Shown piece by piece: positions 31,850-52,890 of a stretch of DNA of 64,000 nucleotides. Every line of letters begins with the position of its first letter. The first letter of the stretch is position 1. The translations under genes and the position numbers were made by a program. Source of the DNA: Heteronotia binoei (lineage: Eukaryota); contig NC_083239.1 of assembly GCF_032191835.1 (NCBI RefSeq), positions 20,832,001 through 20,896,000 of the forward strand, written 5' to 3'. Under the pieces are notes generated by a model. It ran no database searches, had not been told where the DNA came from, and saw only the letters and a program-made list of their open reading frames with translations.

Positions 31850-32607
31850 ACATTTGATCTCTTTCCTTTTCTTGCTGTTCTTTTCCCCCTCCTGTTGTCC
31901 TTCCCCTGTCATCTTCCAGTTTTCCTGAATTGTCAGCACTGGTGCTTGAGAGAGACAAGCACTGCATTCAACAAATCATCTGTAGATAACAGTCTATCAG
32001 CCTTACTTCTAACCCAGAAAGTGAACAGTTTCTGTCAAGGGTTTGGTGTGACATGAGTTATCACATGGTGGCTGTTTGACCATTTTCCTCCCCAAATGTT
32101 GGATGAGCCAGTTTGTACACTGTTTTGCCTCTTCTACAACATAGATTTTAGGGAGGTGAGCTACTATCGGTGATTGAGGTGCAGTTCTATTCCAGTTAAT
32201 ACCTGAGTTTCTCCCCATCACATCTTGGTCCTTCAGTGCTTTTTTTTTTTTTTGACGGGGCATCTCAGGATGTGGATATGAATATGGTAGATCATATCTG
32301 CACATCACTTTGCACTCTTGGGTGTTTCCTAAACTGTGTTCTAACATCTTTCCTCTGCTTTCTGTGAAATGTTTTGTTGTTTATCTTGGGGGACCACCAG
32401 ATTGTTGAAGAAATCCATTTCATTTGAGTAGTATACCACAGATGGCATGTCCAGTAATCTGGAAATACACAGTGGTAGCTGGTATATGTATAAAAATAAC
32501 ATGTAAATGACATGCTCCTCCCCGTGTCAACACTTGTCCTGTGAGGATGAACTGTTCCACCAGCAGCCCATTTAACTCTTCATGACCCTTGCAACTGCTT
32601 TAAACAA

Positions 32608-33681
32608 AATAAATTTTGGTTTTCTATGTAATATGTGATGTTTTTTTCTTTAACTTAAATTGAGATTTAAATGGTGTAAATTCTAATGCATTACAGTTCT
32701 GCTGGTATCAAGAACAGTCTGAAGCGTTTTGAAATGATACAGAAAGTATTTTGCTGATGGGATTAAAGATGGAGAAGTGTAAGGTTTGATACCAGGGTTT
32801 CTGTTTGGGTAGGTTTTTGAGGAACATACTGATTTTGACATGTTGACAGACATCAGCATTACCTATTGTAAAGACTTCATGAGCTGGGGAAATAAACCGT
32901 GTAGGAATGCTATTGACTGACAGCAGAAAGTCTGTTTAATAAATACTGTTTGGAAGTTTGCTGCCTGCAGATGTGGGGACCACTTTGCTTCCGCAGCTCA
33001 GGGATGATTTTCACAGCTCCTTGTTGGGGCTTTTAACTTGGATTGTCTCCTTTCCCAATGTGGTTTGAAACAAGTCCCCAAAGAATGGAGTGTTACTTCA
33101 CAGAATCTTGAAGGCTTTCAGTACCCTTAGCAGCGCTAGGATTCTTGGCATTTCTCCCATCCCTATCCCCTTTCTTTGTTGTGAGAAGAGGGAAGCCACT
33201 GGCTGGGTATGGCCTGCCTGGCTAGTCAAATCTTTAAATGGCATGTTCTGTCCCTGTGAGAATATGGCTTAACTATATGTCCAGTGTTGAAGTATAGAGG
33301 TATAATTTCTAAAAATGATGGGGGCATGCGAAGCCACTGTCTCCACAGTGTTTAAAATACCAGAAAGCTGTTGAATTTTGAAGGCTGTCTGTATTATGCC
33401 TGTGGAGCTGCATGAAAGAAAGGACTGTAGTGTTTCAGGATGAAGACAGGTGCTCTTGAAATTTTTACTGAGGCAGAGTAGGGGGAGACATACCTGGTTC
33501 AGCTCAGGCAGTGGACTGCTGGTGATGGTGTCTTCAATGTTTAGAACCAATACAGCCCTGGTAAGTAGATTTTAGTCACTATAAAAGTATTCTTGTATTT
33601 TAAAAATTTAATTAAGATTTTACTTCTGTCTTCTTTTCTATAATACATCAAAGTTACAAGCAGATGCCTTAAAGAAATAAA
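32608..33681 (+). promoter_or_regulatory. Candidate RBBP4 poly(A) signals (AATAAA at 32608, 32891, 32938, 33676)
   Basis: Canonical hexamers downstream of the RBBP4 stop codon. Confidence 0.45.
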
Positions 33682-33984
33682 TCACTCATTCTCAAATAGC
33701 TTTTTATACCAAAGGCCAGTATTGGTACACTTGCGAAAACATTGGCTTTGTACCACCTTCAGCTTCAAAATGTACATAATTATTAAATGACAGTCTGTCC
33801 AGTGCAAAGTACTAAGCTTCAGAAGTTCATTCAAAACTCTTTTCAAAGTAATAGAAGATGCAAACCATCATCTAAAAGTCTTGTCTGTTAGTTGCTGCTA
33901 GATTTCAGGCCTGTTTCTGTCATTCTTACTAATGAGACTGCAGTTTAACTATATATAGATATAAAAAGTCCATGTTTACAAATT

Positions 33985-43060
<9,076 letters not shown>

Positions 43061-43244
43061 TCATAGCCCCATAGCTATCACTTGCCACCCCCTAACTTTT
43101 CTAAGCAGTTAGGGACATCTCAATTCCTTTTTTCTAAAAAGCTAAACTATCTGCTTTATGCAGTTAAATTGAAAAACGGTAACGGGGTTTAGGAAATTAG
43201 AACCACGTGACATCTCAGATTATTGCAAAAGCTAATGCTAAGAT

Positions 43245-43950
43245 GATAATAATAACATTTTATTTATATCCCGCCCTCCCCGCTGAAACAGGCTTAGGGC
43301 AGCTAACAGCATTTCATACAATAAGTTATACAATAGGTATTAAAAACAACATTAATCTTAAAACATTCTAGTTATAAGTTAAAAATCAACATTTCTGGTG
43401 CTATTCTATCAGCAAATATGATGGCGAAGTCACTTTAAGTGAATCCATCGATCATTCAATCGGCAAAGGCCATCTTAAAAAGGATGGTCTTGCAGGCCCT
43501 GCGGAAATGTTCAAGGGCCCGCACTTCTTCCGGGAGCTGGTTCCAAAGGTGTGGCGCTGCAATAGAGAAGGCCTGTGTACGAGTATTTTGGAGTTTTGCC
43601 TCCTTTGGCCCGGGGATAGTCAGCTGGTTCTTCCCCGCTGACAGTGCTCTCTGGGGTTCATATGGGGAGAGACGGTCCCTTAGGTAGACAGGTCCTCGGC
43701 CATATAGGGCTTTAAAGGTAATAACCAGCACTTTGTAATGAACCCGGTATATAACTGGCAGCCAGTGCATTCCGCGCAGGCCCGGCCGTATGTGCTCCCA
43801 CTTCGGGAGCCCTAATAACAACCTAGCCGCCGCGTTCTGCACCAGCTGCAGCTTCTGGGTTCGGCACAGGGGCAGCCCCATGTAGAGGGCATTACAGTAG
43901 TCCAATCTTGAGGTGACCGTTGCATGAAGCACTGTTGCTAGGTCCCGGCG
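43245..43950 (-). mobile_element. L2 LINE 3' fragment
   Basis: ORF 43456-43932: VTSRLDYCNALYMGLP...LQLVQNAAARLL...HWLPV...RAFS-like..APHLWNQLP, plus an L2 tail. Confidence 0.85.
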
Positions 43951-46269
43951 CTCTAGGAAGATCTTAAGTCACACAGTTGTCAGGATTAAGGTATGCTTTA
44001 AAAAATGGACCTCGATGGTATGGAAGGAGATAGGTGCACTGGCTTCCATTGTGATAAGTTGTGCAGGTTGCACAAGGAAGGCAAAAAAAAGTTTCTCCAC
44101 TGAAGTTACAACTGAACCCTGGTGCTGCCCAATTGTGCTCCTGCTCTTTCCTAAGAAGAATCTGTCAAGGAGAAAAGTGGAAGCTAAGCCTGTTTGGAGC
44201 TGGAACTATTAAATTATCAAATATGACAACGTTTGGGAAAAGCTGATCTGGATGTGATAAGGTATGACTATGAATGATGTTGTAGGGGAACTTCTTAGCA
44301 ACAGGACTAAAATTTGAAATGAAGGAAAGGGATGTATAGGCAGAATCCACAGGACCATGAATGGTGTGACAGGCCTCCTTAACAACCATGTGCATGAACA
44401 GAAAATTCAACTCTGGCTTGCCTAGCTAGTTTTCACTAGCTCTTAAAAATAGATTCTGGACCTTGGGAAAACATGAAAGACAGTCAGGCAGAAAGACTTC
44501 TGTCAAGCCAATGTGGCCATGTTCATTCTAGGTGCACCACAGAATGCTTGCCAAAAAAGACTAGTATTTGGGGCACTGAATAGCAGATGCTTCTGCTTTA
44601 TGGTAAATCCAGGCATTGCTAGGTATGAGAACACATGTAAGTGCTTATAAATCACTGTGCAGTTCCTACATATCTATATCTCCTCCAAACGTGTCTCTTT
44701 TGTATCCCTTGGGAATTGCACTGGATTTGCTAGTTATGTGGGTGTCTTGCTGAAAATGTTCCCTCTAAATGTGCTGTCCACTGGGTGAAATAACTATACC
44801 TGCATTCTCATGCAATCATTTAAACAGCCCTGCAAGGTCAGTCATTATGAGTCCCATTATTACTGCAAATGAGGATGAGGTTGAAAGAAAGTAGTGTGCA
44901 TTAAGTCATGTAACAAGGACTGAAGTAATAGGTGAACCAGGGACACTGGGTCAGTGCAATACCACTGCTGTATGTGCAATCCAGATATCCCCACTGAGAT
45001 TGGACATAGAAACAGGAATCTTTAAATAAAGACCTGAATATTTGCTTAACATAATGTTTATAATTTTCCCACCCCCTTCTTCCTTTGGAAAGTGTTAATT
45101 CAGTTCAGCATGGAATGGGTGTTTTACTTTGGTGCCAGAGAGAGAAATGAAAATCTACAACTCTGCATCAGCCCCTGGAACTAAGAATATGGTTAAAAAC
45201 TGAACATGTGACAATTTTATGCTCTTCAATAGTGACCAAAGATTGGCCCTGTGTTTAAGGACAGGACTGTAGATGGGCTTGACCCATGTTGAACTCCTTG
45301 GGGTGCCAGCTACAGAACGCGCGTAATGGCAGAAATGCTGAGGGTGGGGAAGGGAACCTAGAGGAAGTACATTGACTGCCCTAGCTAAAGTGAGTGCATG
45401 TCAGAGGCAAATATCATAATGCCCTGATAACTGGGAGAATAAACTTGAGAGTTTCTGGCTAAGCTACTTGTAGCTGGACAGCAACTGATGTCATTGATTA
45501 CTGAAAACAAAGGATTTTTTTAAATTAAAAATGCTGACATAGCCTTCACTCTCTGGAACATAATGCTGCCCGAATTGGAGATGTATGCCCGTTACACAAC
45601 ATGTCTGAGAATGGGCTGAGATTTATCAGCGGGCATAAAAGGGCTGTGGCTTCCAAAGGAATAGCCTGGAGCCATCCTTGTGAGCTGCAGCTGTTTGCAG
45701 AAGGGATGGGTCGCTGGCATCACAATGCTTGAATCGCACCATGTGCTATTTGAAGGGAGGGTAGGCTCCTGTTGCGGAGGGGAGGGGTGGGGTGCGATGC
45801 GAAAGACTGGAAAACTTGAAAAGAGTCCGTGTTTGGGGGGGTTAGAACCAGCCGCAGTGGGAAGAGGGGGCTGAAACCACACCCAGTCGGTCAGCAGCCA
45901 TGGCTGGATCGCCTTTTGCCGCTAGTGGTCCTTGCTTGGAAGACTCGCACCCCTTCCTAGGAAGAAATGAGAGCGCTTCAGCAGAGGCGAGGGGTGGATT
46001 TGCCGGAAGCATTAAGGGAGCCGGTGGGCGCGATGGACAAACTTGAACCCTTCCCACCGCCACCGCCACCGCCACCGCTCTAAGTTGGGCACACTCCATG
46101 GAAGCAGCGTTCCTGCGCATGCCCCACCGCATGAATGGTTCGTTCAATGGGACTTGCACAGGAGAACTTCCTCGGGACAGCTGCCTTCCTGCTATTGGCG
46201 GGGAGGGGAGGGGAGGGGAGAGGAAGGGATCTGGCCCCTCTGCAGCCTCAGATCAGCGAAAATGGGTCC

Positions 46270-46740
46270 CTATGCCCAACTCAAAAAAGGCACTCTCCCG
46301 CCCCCCGCCCCAAGCAAAGAGCCGGGGCGCGTCCCCCCCCCCCCCCCGCAGATCCAGCTCAGAGAGCGGAGGACCGGCCCCAGCAGCGCGCCTTCTCCCA
46401 TGTCTGGGGACGCGCCGGAGCACGCGGTTGGCCCACCCCCGCTGGCCTTACCTTGGTGGCGCCCGGGGCCGGGCCGGGCCGGGCTTTGGCGCGGGGTGGG
46501 CTGCGGCTGCTTGCTATTAATACGCGCGGTCCGAAACCGGAGCCCCTCTGGCCCCCCGCCTCGGCCTCCGGGGACCAGCTGCACTGCCGGTGCAAGGGCT
46601 GACAGCAGAGCCCTCCCTCGGGGAAGGAGGAGGAGGGAGGGAGGGAGGGAGGAGGCGGGCGGGCTGGCAGTGGCTGGCCCTCGCTCCCTGCTGGCTGCTT
46701 CTTCGCCGAGGAGCTTGCCCCGCTTCCTTTGCCCCCTTCT
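46270..46740 (-). promoter_or_regulatory. SYNC promoter CpG island with a TATA-like element and probable non-coding exon 1
   Basis: TATTAATA at 46515-46522; strong donor CAAG|gtaagg with exon end at 46452; GC-rich tract continues at 52769-53150 beyond the L1. Confidence 0.55.
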
Positions 46741-47012
46741 TTGAATAAACAATTTTATTAGTAACATATGGTAGTAGAACTATAACTACAACTTATAAAA
46801 AGCTTAATATATATTAAGAAAAAGACCATCATTCTACCCCACATCTTACTTTCTCCCACCCCTCCCCCAATTACTTGACCCCCGCCAGTGTTATTTTCTT
46901 TAAAAAAACAGATATTAAAGGTACCCTTAACTATCAAGAAAAAAAACGAAACAAAAAAGAAACATAGGGAAGAAGAACCCCCTTCAAGAATTGTATTGTT
47001 ATCTTAAAAATC

Positions 47013-50000
47013 TTAATCCTCAAAAATTGTCCAATGTCCTTTTATTTTCCACTCTTTCTCTACATATCTTCTGAATTTCTTCCACTCTTGGTTAAAAAGT
47101 TCTAAATCACAGTCTCTTAATTTTCTTGTTAATTTGTCCATTTCACTCCATGACATAACTTTCATAATCCAGTCCCATTTTTCTGGTATTTTTTCTTGCT
47201 TCCACAACTGCGCATACAATGTCCTAGCAGCTGAGAGCAAGTACCATATTAATGTTCTATCTTCTTTTGGAAATTTTTCCATTTGTAATCCCAGCAGAAA
47301 AGTCTCTGCCTCTTTATTGAATTCATATCCCAGGATCTTAGATATCTCTTGTTGAATCATTTGCCAAAACATTTTAGCTCTTTCACAAGTCCACCACATA
47401 TGGTAGAAAGAACCTTCATGCTTTTTACATTTCCAGCACCTATCTGGCATCTTATTGTTCATCTTTGCTAATTTTTTTGGAGTCATATACCATCTATACA
47501 TCATCTTAAAACAGTTCTCTTTAATACTATGACATGTTGCGAGTTTCATGGAATTTTTCCACAGATATTCCCAAGATTCCATCTTTATTTCTTTATTTAC
47601 ATTAATTGCCCATTTTATCATTTGAGATTTCACTACTTCATCTTCTGTAGCCCATTGTAAAAGTAATTTGTACACTTTTGAAATTAATTTCTCATTATCT
47701 CCAAGCAGAACTCTTTCCATTTCTGTTTGTTCTTTCCTTATTCCTTCAGCTTTGATATCATTCTCCATCAAACTTTTTATTTGTTGCATTTGAAACCAAT
47801 CATATTTATAGTTTAGTTCTTCTGCAGTTTTCAATTCTATTTTCCCGCTTTGTATTTTTAGTAACTGGTTGTATGATAGTTGTTTTTCCTTGACTGTTTT
47901 GGCCGTTAACTTTATCACTTCAGCCGGCACTATCCATAAAGGTCTCCTCTCATCACCATATTTCTTGTACTTTATCCACACATTTAATAAGCTACTCCTT
48001 ATATAATGGTGAGAGAAAAGACCGTCCATCTTCTTTTTTCCATAGTACAAATATGCATGCCAGCCGAATTTTTTTCCATGGCCTTCTAACATTAGAAGTT
48101 TTTTATTTAATAACGTTATCCATTCTTTTAACCATACTAAACAAATTGCTTCATGATACAGTTTCAAATCTGGTAATTGGAATCCACCTCTCTCTTTCGC
48201 ATCTATCAGGACTTTCATTTTAATTCTAGGTTTCCTCCCGGCCCACACGAATTCCGAAATTTTTCTTCGCCATTTATCAAATTGCTTAGCATCTTTCACA
48301 ATGGGGATGGTTTGAAACAGATACATAATCCTTGGTAAAATATTCATTTTTACTGCAGCTATTCTACCCAACAGTGACAAATTGAGCTTGTTCCACTTTA
48401 GCATGTCTTCTTCTATTTTACGCCATAGCTTTTCATAATTGTTCTTAAACAAATCAATATTTTTCATTGTTATCTCTACCCCTAGGTATTTTACCTTAGA
48501 GGTAACTTCACAACCCGTTAGTCTTTGTAGTTCTTGTTGTCTATTTTTCTGCATATTCTTACATAAGATTTTTGATTTGTCTTTGTTTATATAAAGTCCC
48601 GCCAACTCCCCAAACTCTTGTATTCTCATTAACAACAAAGGTGTAACTTGTAAAGGATTTTCATTTATAAACATTATATCATCTGCAAATGCTCTGTATT
48701 TATAGGTAAATCCTTTTATTTGTAGTCCTTCTAAATCTTTTTCTTCTTGAATCTGCATTAGTAAAATTTCAAGAGTCATTATAAACAGCAATGGCGAAAG
48801 CGGGCAGCCTTGTCTGGTACCTTTACTAATTTTCATTTCATCTGTAAGATCTGCGTTGATGCACAGCCTTGCACTTTGTTCAGAATATATTGCCTTTATC
48901 ATTCTTATAAAACTTTCTCCAAGCTCCATTTTTTCCATCACTGCAAACATAAAGTCCCAATTTAAATTGTCAAATGCTTTTTCTGCATCCGCAAAGAATA
49001 GCGCTACTTCCTTTTCTGGATGTCTTTCATAATATTCTACAATATTTACAACAGTTCTAATATTGTCTCTTATTTGTCTTTTGGGAAGAAAACCGGCTTG
49101 GTCCTCTTTTATAAAATTTATCAAATATTGCTTAAGACGTTCTGCCAGAATTCTTGTAAATATTTTATAATCATTGTTCAAAAGTGAAATTGGTCTGTAA
49201 TTTTTCACATTTGTAACATCTCTTTCTTCTTTAGGTATCAAAGAAATAACAGCTTCTTTCCATGTATTTGGTACCTTCCCTTTGACTCTTATTGCATTCA
49301 TCAGCTTCTGTAATTTTGGTATTAATTCATCTTTAAACATTTTAAAATACTTGGCTGTATAACCGTCTGGCCCGGGAGCTTTATCATTTTTCATCACGTT
49401 GATTGCTGCCTCAATTTCTATTTTTTCAATTGGGTCATTCAAAATTTTTCTCATATTCTCAGTTAATGGCTCAATTTTTATTTTCTGTAGATATTCATCT
49501 ATCTTTTTTCTCTTTACTTCAGCACCTTTAAACAGCTTGGCATAATACTTAAAAAATTCTCTTTTTATTCCCTCTTGAGTAACTACGTCTCTTTCATCTA
49601 TCACAATTCTATTAATTATTTTATTTTCCCTCTTTTTTTTCAGCTGCCACGCCAAGTATTTCCCCGTCTTATTTGCTCCTTCAAACGATTTTTGCTGGAG
49701 CCTTTTCAAGTTCCATTCTACTTCTTTGTTTAATAAATGTCTTAGTTGAGTTTGCAATATTGAAATTTCCCTTAGAATTTTCTTTTTCCCTGGTCTTTTC
49801 CTCAGCTCTCCTTCTTTTTTCTTTATTTCATTTTGAATATCCAGTAGTTGTTTTTCTTTTTCCCTTTTATCTTTATTGTTCAAAGTAATCAGCAACCCTC
49901 TCATTACTGCTTTATAAGCATCCCAGACCGTCTGAAAATCGATATCTTCTTTATCATTCACTTGGAAAAATTCTTTAGTTTCTTTTCCTAGGAAAGTCAC

Positions 50001-50771
50001 TGTTTCTTTGTTCTGTAGCAAGTCTTCATTCAATCTCCATCTTCTCAATCTTTTGGACAGTTTTGTAATCCACATTATTGGGTTATGGTCAGTGCCAATT
50101 TTAGGCAAAATCTCTATCTTTCTTGTTATGAGGCCTAAATCTCTGGTTCCCCATAGCATGTCAATTCTAGAAAATGTCTTATGTCTTGCAGAAAAAAAAG
50201 TATAGTCCCGCACTTCAGGGTTAAACTTTCTCCATATGTCCTCCAAATTTTCCTGTTTTACTAATTCAAAAAAAGACTTTGGCAATTTTCCTTCTTTTCC
50301 ACTATTTTTTTTCCCTCCGGATCTATCCAATGAGTTCTCAACTGTTCCATTAAAATCTCCCATTAAGAGTATTTGATCGTAGGTCAACTCATCTAGTTGT
50401 TGTGTAATGTCTTTAAAAAAAACATCTTTTGCACCATTAGGTGCATATAGTCCCAATAACAGCGTTTTTTTCCCATTTGATGTTATTTCCACTGCTACAA
50501 ATCTTCCATCCTTATCTTTAAATACCAATTTTGGCTCCAGGTCTTGTTTAATATAAAAAACTACTCCCCTTTTTTTCTGGTCAGCTAACGAAAAAAATTC
50601 CCTTCCCAATTGTTTGTTCCATAAAAATTTATAATCCTTTTGTTTAATGTGGACTTCTTGCAAACAAATTATATTACAATTTTGCTTTTTAATCCAATGA
50701 AAGGTTGCCCTTCTTTTTTGTGGTGAATTTAGTCCATTAACATTCCAAGACAATAGTTTGTAATCCATCAT
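47013..50771 (-). CDS. L1 ORF2p (APE endonuclease, reverse transcriptase, C-terminal cysteine motif), 1252 aa
   Basis: SWNVNG, CLQEVH, GDFN, SRID, TDH; YRPISLLN, DAEKAFD, QGCPLSP, FADD; CWKC...HMWWTC. Confidence 0.95.
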   Translation of the reverse strand: MMDYKLLSWNVNGLNSPQKRRATFHWIKKQNCNIICLQEVHIKQKDYKFLWNKQLGREFFSLADQKKRGVVFYIKQDLEPKLVFKDKDGRFVAVEITSNGKKTLLLGLYAPNGAKDVFFKDITQQLDELTYDQILLMGDFNGTVENSLDRSGGKKNSGKEGKLPKSFFELVKQENLEDIWRKFNPEVRDYTFFSARHKTFSRIDMLWGTRDLGLITRKIEILPKIGTDHNPIMWITKLSKRLRRWRLNEDLLQNKETVTFLGKETKEFFQVNDKEDIDFQTVWDAYKAVMRGLLITLNNKDKREKEKQLLDIQNEIKKKEGELRKRPGKKKILREISILQTQLRHLLNKEVEWNLKRLQQKSFEGANKTGKYLAWQLKKKRENKIINRIVIDERDVVTQEGIKREFFKYYAKLFKGAEVKRKKIDEYLQKIKIEPLTENMRKILNDPIEKIEIEAAINVMKNDKAPGPDGYTAKYFKMFKDELIPKLQKLMNAIRVKGKVPNTWKEAVISLIPKEERDVTNVKNYRPISLLNNDYKIFTRILAERLKQYLINFIKEDQAGFLPKRQIRDNIRTVVNIVEYYERHPEKEVALFFADAEKAFDNLNWDFMFAVMEKMELGESFIRMIKAIYSEQSARLCINADLTDEMKISKGTRQGCPLSPLLFIMTLEILLMQIQEEKDLEGLQIKGFTYKYRAFADDIMFINENPLQVTPLLLMRIQEFGELAGLYINKDKSKILCKNMQKNRQQELQRLTGCEVTSKVKYLGVEITMKNIDLFKNNYEKLWRKIEEDMLKWNKLNLSLLGRIAAVKMNILPRIMYLFQTIPIVKDAKQFDKWRRKISEFVWAGRKPRIKMKVLIDAKERGGFQLPDLKLYHEAICLVWLKEWITLLNKKLLMLEGHGKKFGWHAYLYYGKKKMDGLFSHHYIRSSLLNVWIKYKKYGDERRPLWIVPAEVIKLTAKTVKEKQLSYNQLLKIQSGKIELKTAEELNYKYDWFQMQQIKSLMENDIKAEGIRKEQTEMERVLLGDNEKLISKVYKLLLQWATEDEVVKSQMIKWAINVNKEIKMESWEYLWKNSMKLATCHSIKENCFKMMYRWYMTPKKLAKMNNKMPDRCWKCKKHEGSFYHMWWTCERAKMFWQMIQQEISKILGYEFNKEAETFLLGLQMEKFPKEDRTLIWYLLSAARTLYAQLWKQEKIPEKWDWIMKVMSWSEMDKLTRKLRDCDLELFNQEWKKFRRYVEKEWKIKGHWTIFED

Positions 50772-51523
50772 GGTGCAAATTCTTTATTTTCTTCAAAAAA
50801 TCTCCTCAGTTCTCGGGCATTTGTGATCGTGACTCTCTTCCCCTGAAGTTCAAAGCTCACACCCTCGGGGATTATCCATCTATACCTTGTGCCATTGTCT
50901 TTCAATTTTTCTGTCAACTTTTTATATGTTCTCCTGTCATTTATCACTTCTTTCGGTAGCTCCTTCATAATTCTCACTCTGCTACCTCTTACTATCAATG
51001 ATTGTTCAAAGTTTCTCTTCATAATCCTTCCCACCATTTCCTTTGTCATGAATCTTACAACCACATCTCTTGGTAAGTTATTTTTTTTGGCATATAGCGA
51101 GTTGACTCTATACATGTGATCATACATGCTTTTAGTCTTATCAGGGTCTTCTTCTAAGAATTCTGCGATTATGTTTGTTATATATCCTTTCAAATCATCA
51201 TTCTCTTCCTCAGGTACTCCTCTCAAACGTAGCTGATTTTCCATTAATTTGCAGTCGTGAATCGTCACTTTTTCTTGTACTTTCAGCAAGGTGGTATCAT
51301 GTATTTTAACTTTCTCCTCCACCTCCTGTACTTTCTTGTCTATTTTCCCAATTTGGTTTTTGAGGTCATCCACTTCTTTTTTAATCACTGTAGTAAGTTC
51401 TTCCTTCAACTCTTCCATCATTTTCTTAACTCCTTTCATAATCCTGGCTTCCATAGCCTCCATTTGGTCTTGCATTTTATCTAATGAAAGGGCTCTTGTT
51501 CGGGGCTGCCTGGGCTCTGACAT
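50768..51523 (-). CDS. L1 ORF1p (coiled coil, RRM-like and CTD), 251 aa
   Basis: Heptad-rich N-terminal half, QLRLRGVPE, PRDVVVRF, YRWIIPE; stop overlaps the ORF2 start (ATGA). Confidence 0.88.
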   Translation of the reverse strand: MSEPRQPRTRALSLDKMQDQMEAMEARIMKGVKKMMEELKEELTTVIKKEVDDLKNQIGKIDKKVQEVEEKVKIHDTTLLKVQEKVTIHDCKLMENQLRLRGVPEEENDDLKGYITNIIAEFLEEDPDKTKSMYDHMYRVNSLYAKKNNLPRDVVVRFMTKEMVGRIMKRNFEQSLIVRGSRVRIMKELPKEVINDRRTYKKLTEKLKDNGTRYRWIIPEGVSFELQGKRVTITNARELRRFFEENKEFAP

Positions 51524-52890
51524 TTAAGCAAAGAGCAAGGGGGATGCAATTAAAATACCAAAAATTTCCGTCGCACAATTTGCAAGTTTGACTACCAAGT
51601 TCAGAAGGTCTAAATTTTCTCTCTCAATTAAACTTTGTTCTGTTTTCTTCTGAGCTTCCCAGGCCCAGATATAAATTTTTGAAGAATTTTTCCCCTTTAA
51701 AAAAATGACGAAATTTTTGACCTCACCAATTTAAAATCTGACAGTCAGGTTCAATAGAGCAGGGCTTGCCCTTTCCAGCAAGCCCAATTTCGCTGGTTTC
51801 TGAGCCCCCAAAGCAAAGATATTTAACAAAAAAGTCTTTAAAAAATCCAAAATGGCGGCCGCGATTTTTTTTCCTTTTAAAGATTTTTTTTCCCCTTTTA
51901 AAATCACCCCAGGAGCCCACCAATAATGTAGTCAATAGTTCTTATCTTCTTACCCTTTTCCCTGTCGTTTCTGTCACTTTTTAAAGTCCCAAATCTTTTT
52001 AAAACGATGTTTTAAATTGGACCTCCCAGCAATGGCTGCCGATGTTTCTCTATGATGTAGAGTAGGCTTTTTTCTTTACTGCTTCCTGTCTCTGTCACCT
52101 TCAACCTTATAGATTGCTTGACGCACTTCCTGTCTTGCTCAGTAGAGTTAAAGGACTGTTCCAGTATATTCCTGCGCAGTATGGTTGTTTACATTCCACA
52201 AATCGTAAGTAGACACAACAATGATTTCTCTTCAATTTTTAGCAGTTTTTAACACTGTCTTTTATGTCAAAATAGTCCAAACTTCACCCTTCCCTTCTTC
52301 TACTTGCAAGTTTTATATTTTCCCCTTATTTCCACCTTTAAAACGTCTCTTTAGTCTGTAAATAGCTCCGGAGTGAAAGAAGAGTTTCTGTACCTTTTTT
52401 CCTCTGTTTATCCAAGTTCCACTGGTCTTCCAAGACTTTAGTTGTTTAAAAATGTCCCAGAAGGTTAGGATCGTGACGAGCTTATGCCAAATCCATGGCT
52501 CTGAGAGATCTTGCAGACGATAATTTTGCAAACTTCTGAGACTCCTCAAAGCCTCAAAGGACCCTTCTCCAAAGCTCCTTTTCAGCCAAGGTAAATCTCT
52601 TCTAAAGTTTTTAGTGCAAGTCTTGGACCTTTCTCTCACTGAGAAAGGTAGGCAGTGGGCTTTGGTTTGCCCTCCACTACCCCGAACAAGACCTTCAGCT
52701 TGCTCCCGTTACGAGAGACAACTCAGCTCGCCATTTTCCTCCCCGGAAGTCTCCCTTTGCCCCCTTCTGACGTCCATGCCCGCCGAACCGGGGGGGGGGC
52801 GATGCTCACGCCCACCTGTCGTCGTTCCCTGGGCGCGTCAGAAAAAGGGCGATCCGTTTCTGGCCTGGGACTGTCCGTGCGCCCACGTGG

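Larger units (their letters stand above)
46741..52753 (-). mobile_element. Full-length L1-clade LINE (6013 bp), both ORFs intact
   Basis: 15-bp TSD cctttgcccccttct (46726-46740 and 52754-52768); 5' end gagacttccggggaggaaaatggcg; AATAAA at 46754-46759. Confidence 0.92.

Noticed and set aside
33494-33557. Possible extra SYNC exon with good splice sites (ORF 33269-33550)
   Set aside because: It lies downstream of the recognisable terminal exon (KDCLEIYGQLC...stop at 33985) and shows no similarity to syncoilin that I can recognise.
45842-46767. Several 100-230 aa ORFs in the GC-rich SYNC promoter, and similar ones at 23600-24300
   Set aside because: Low-complexity Pro/Gly/Arg-rich frames expected by chance in CpG islands; no recognisable domains.
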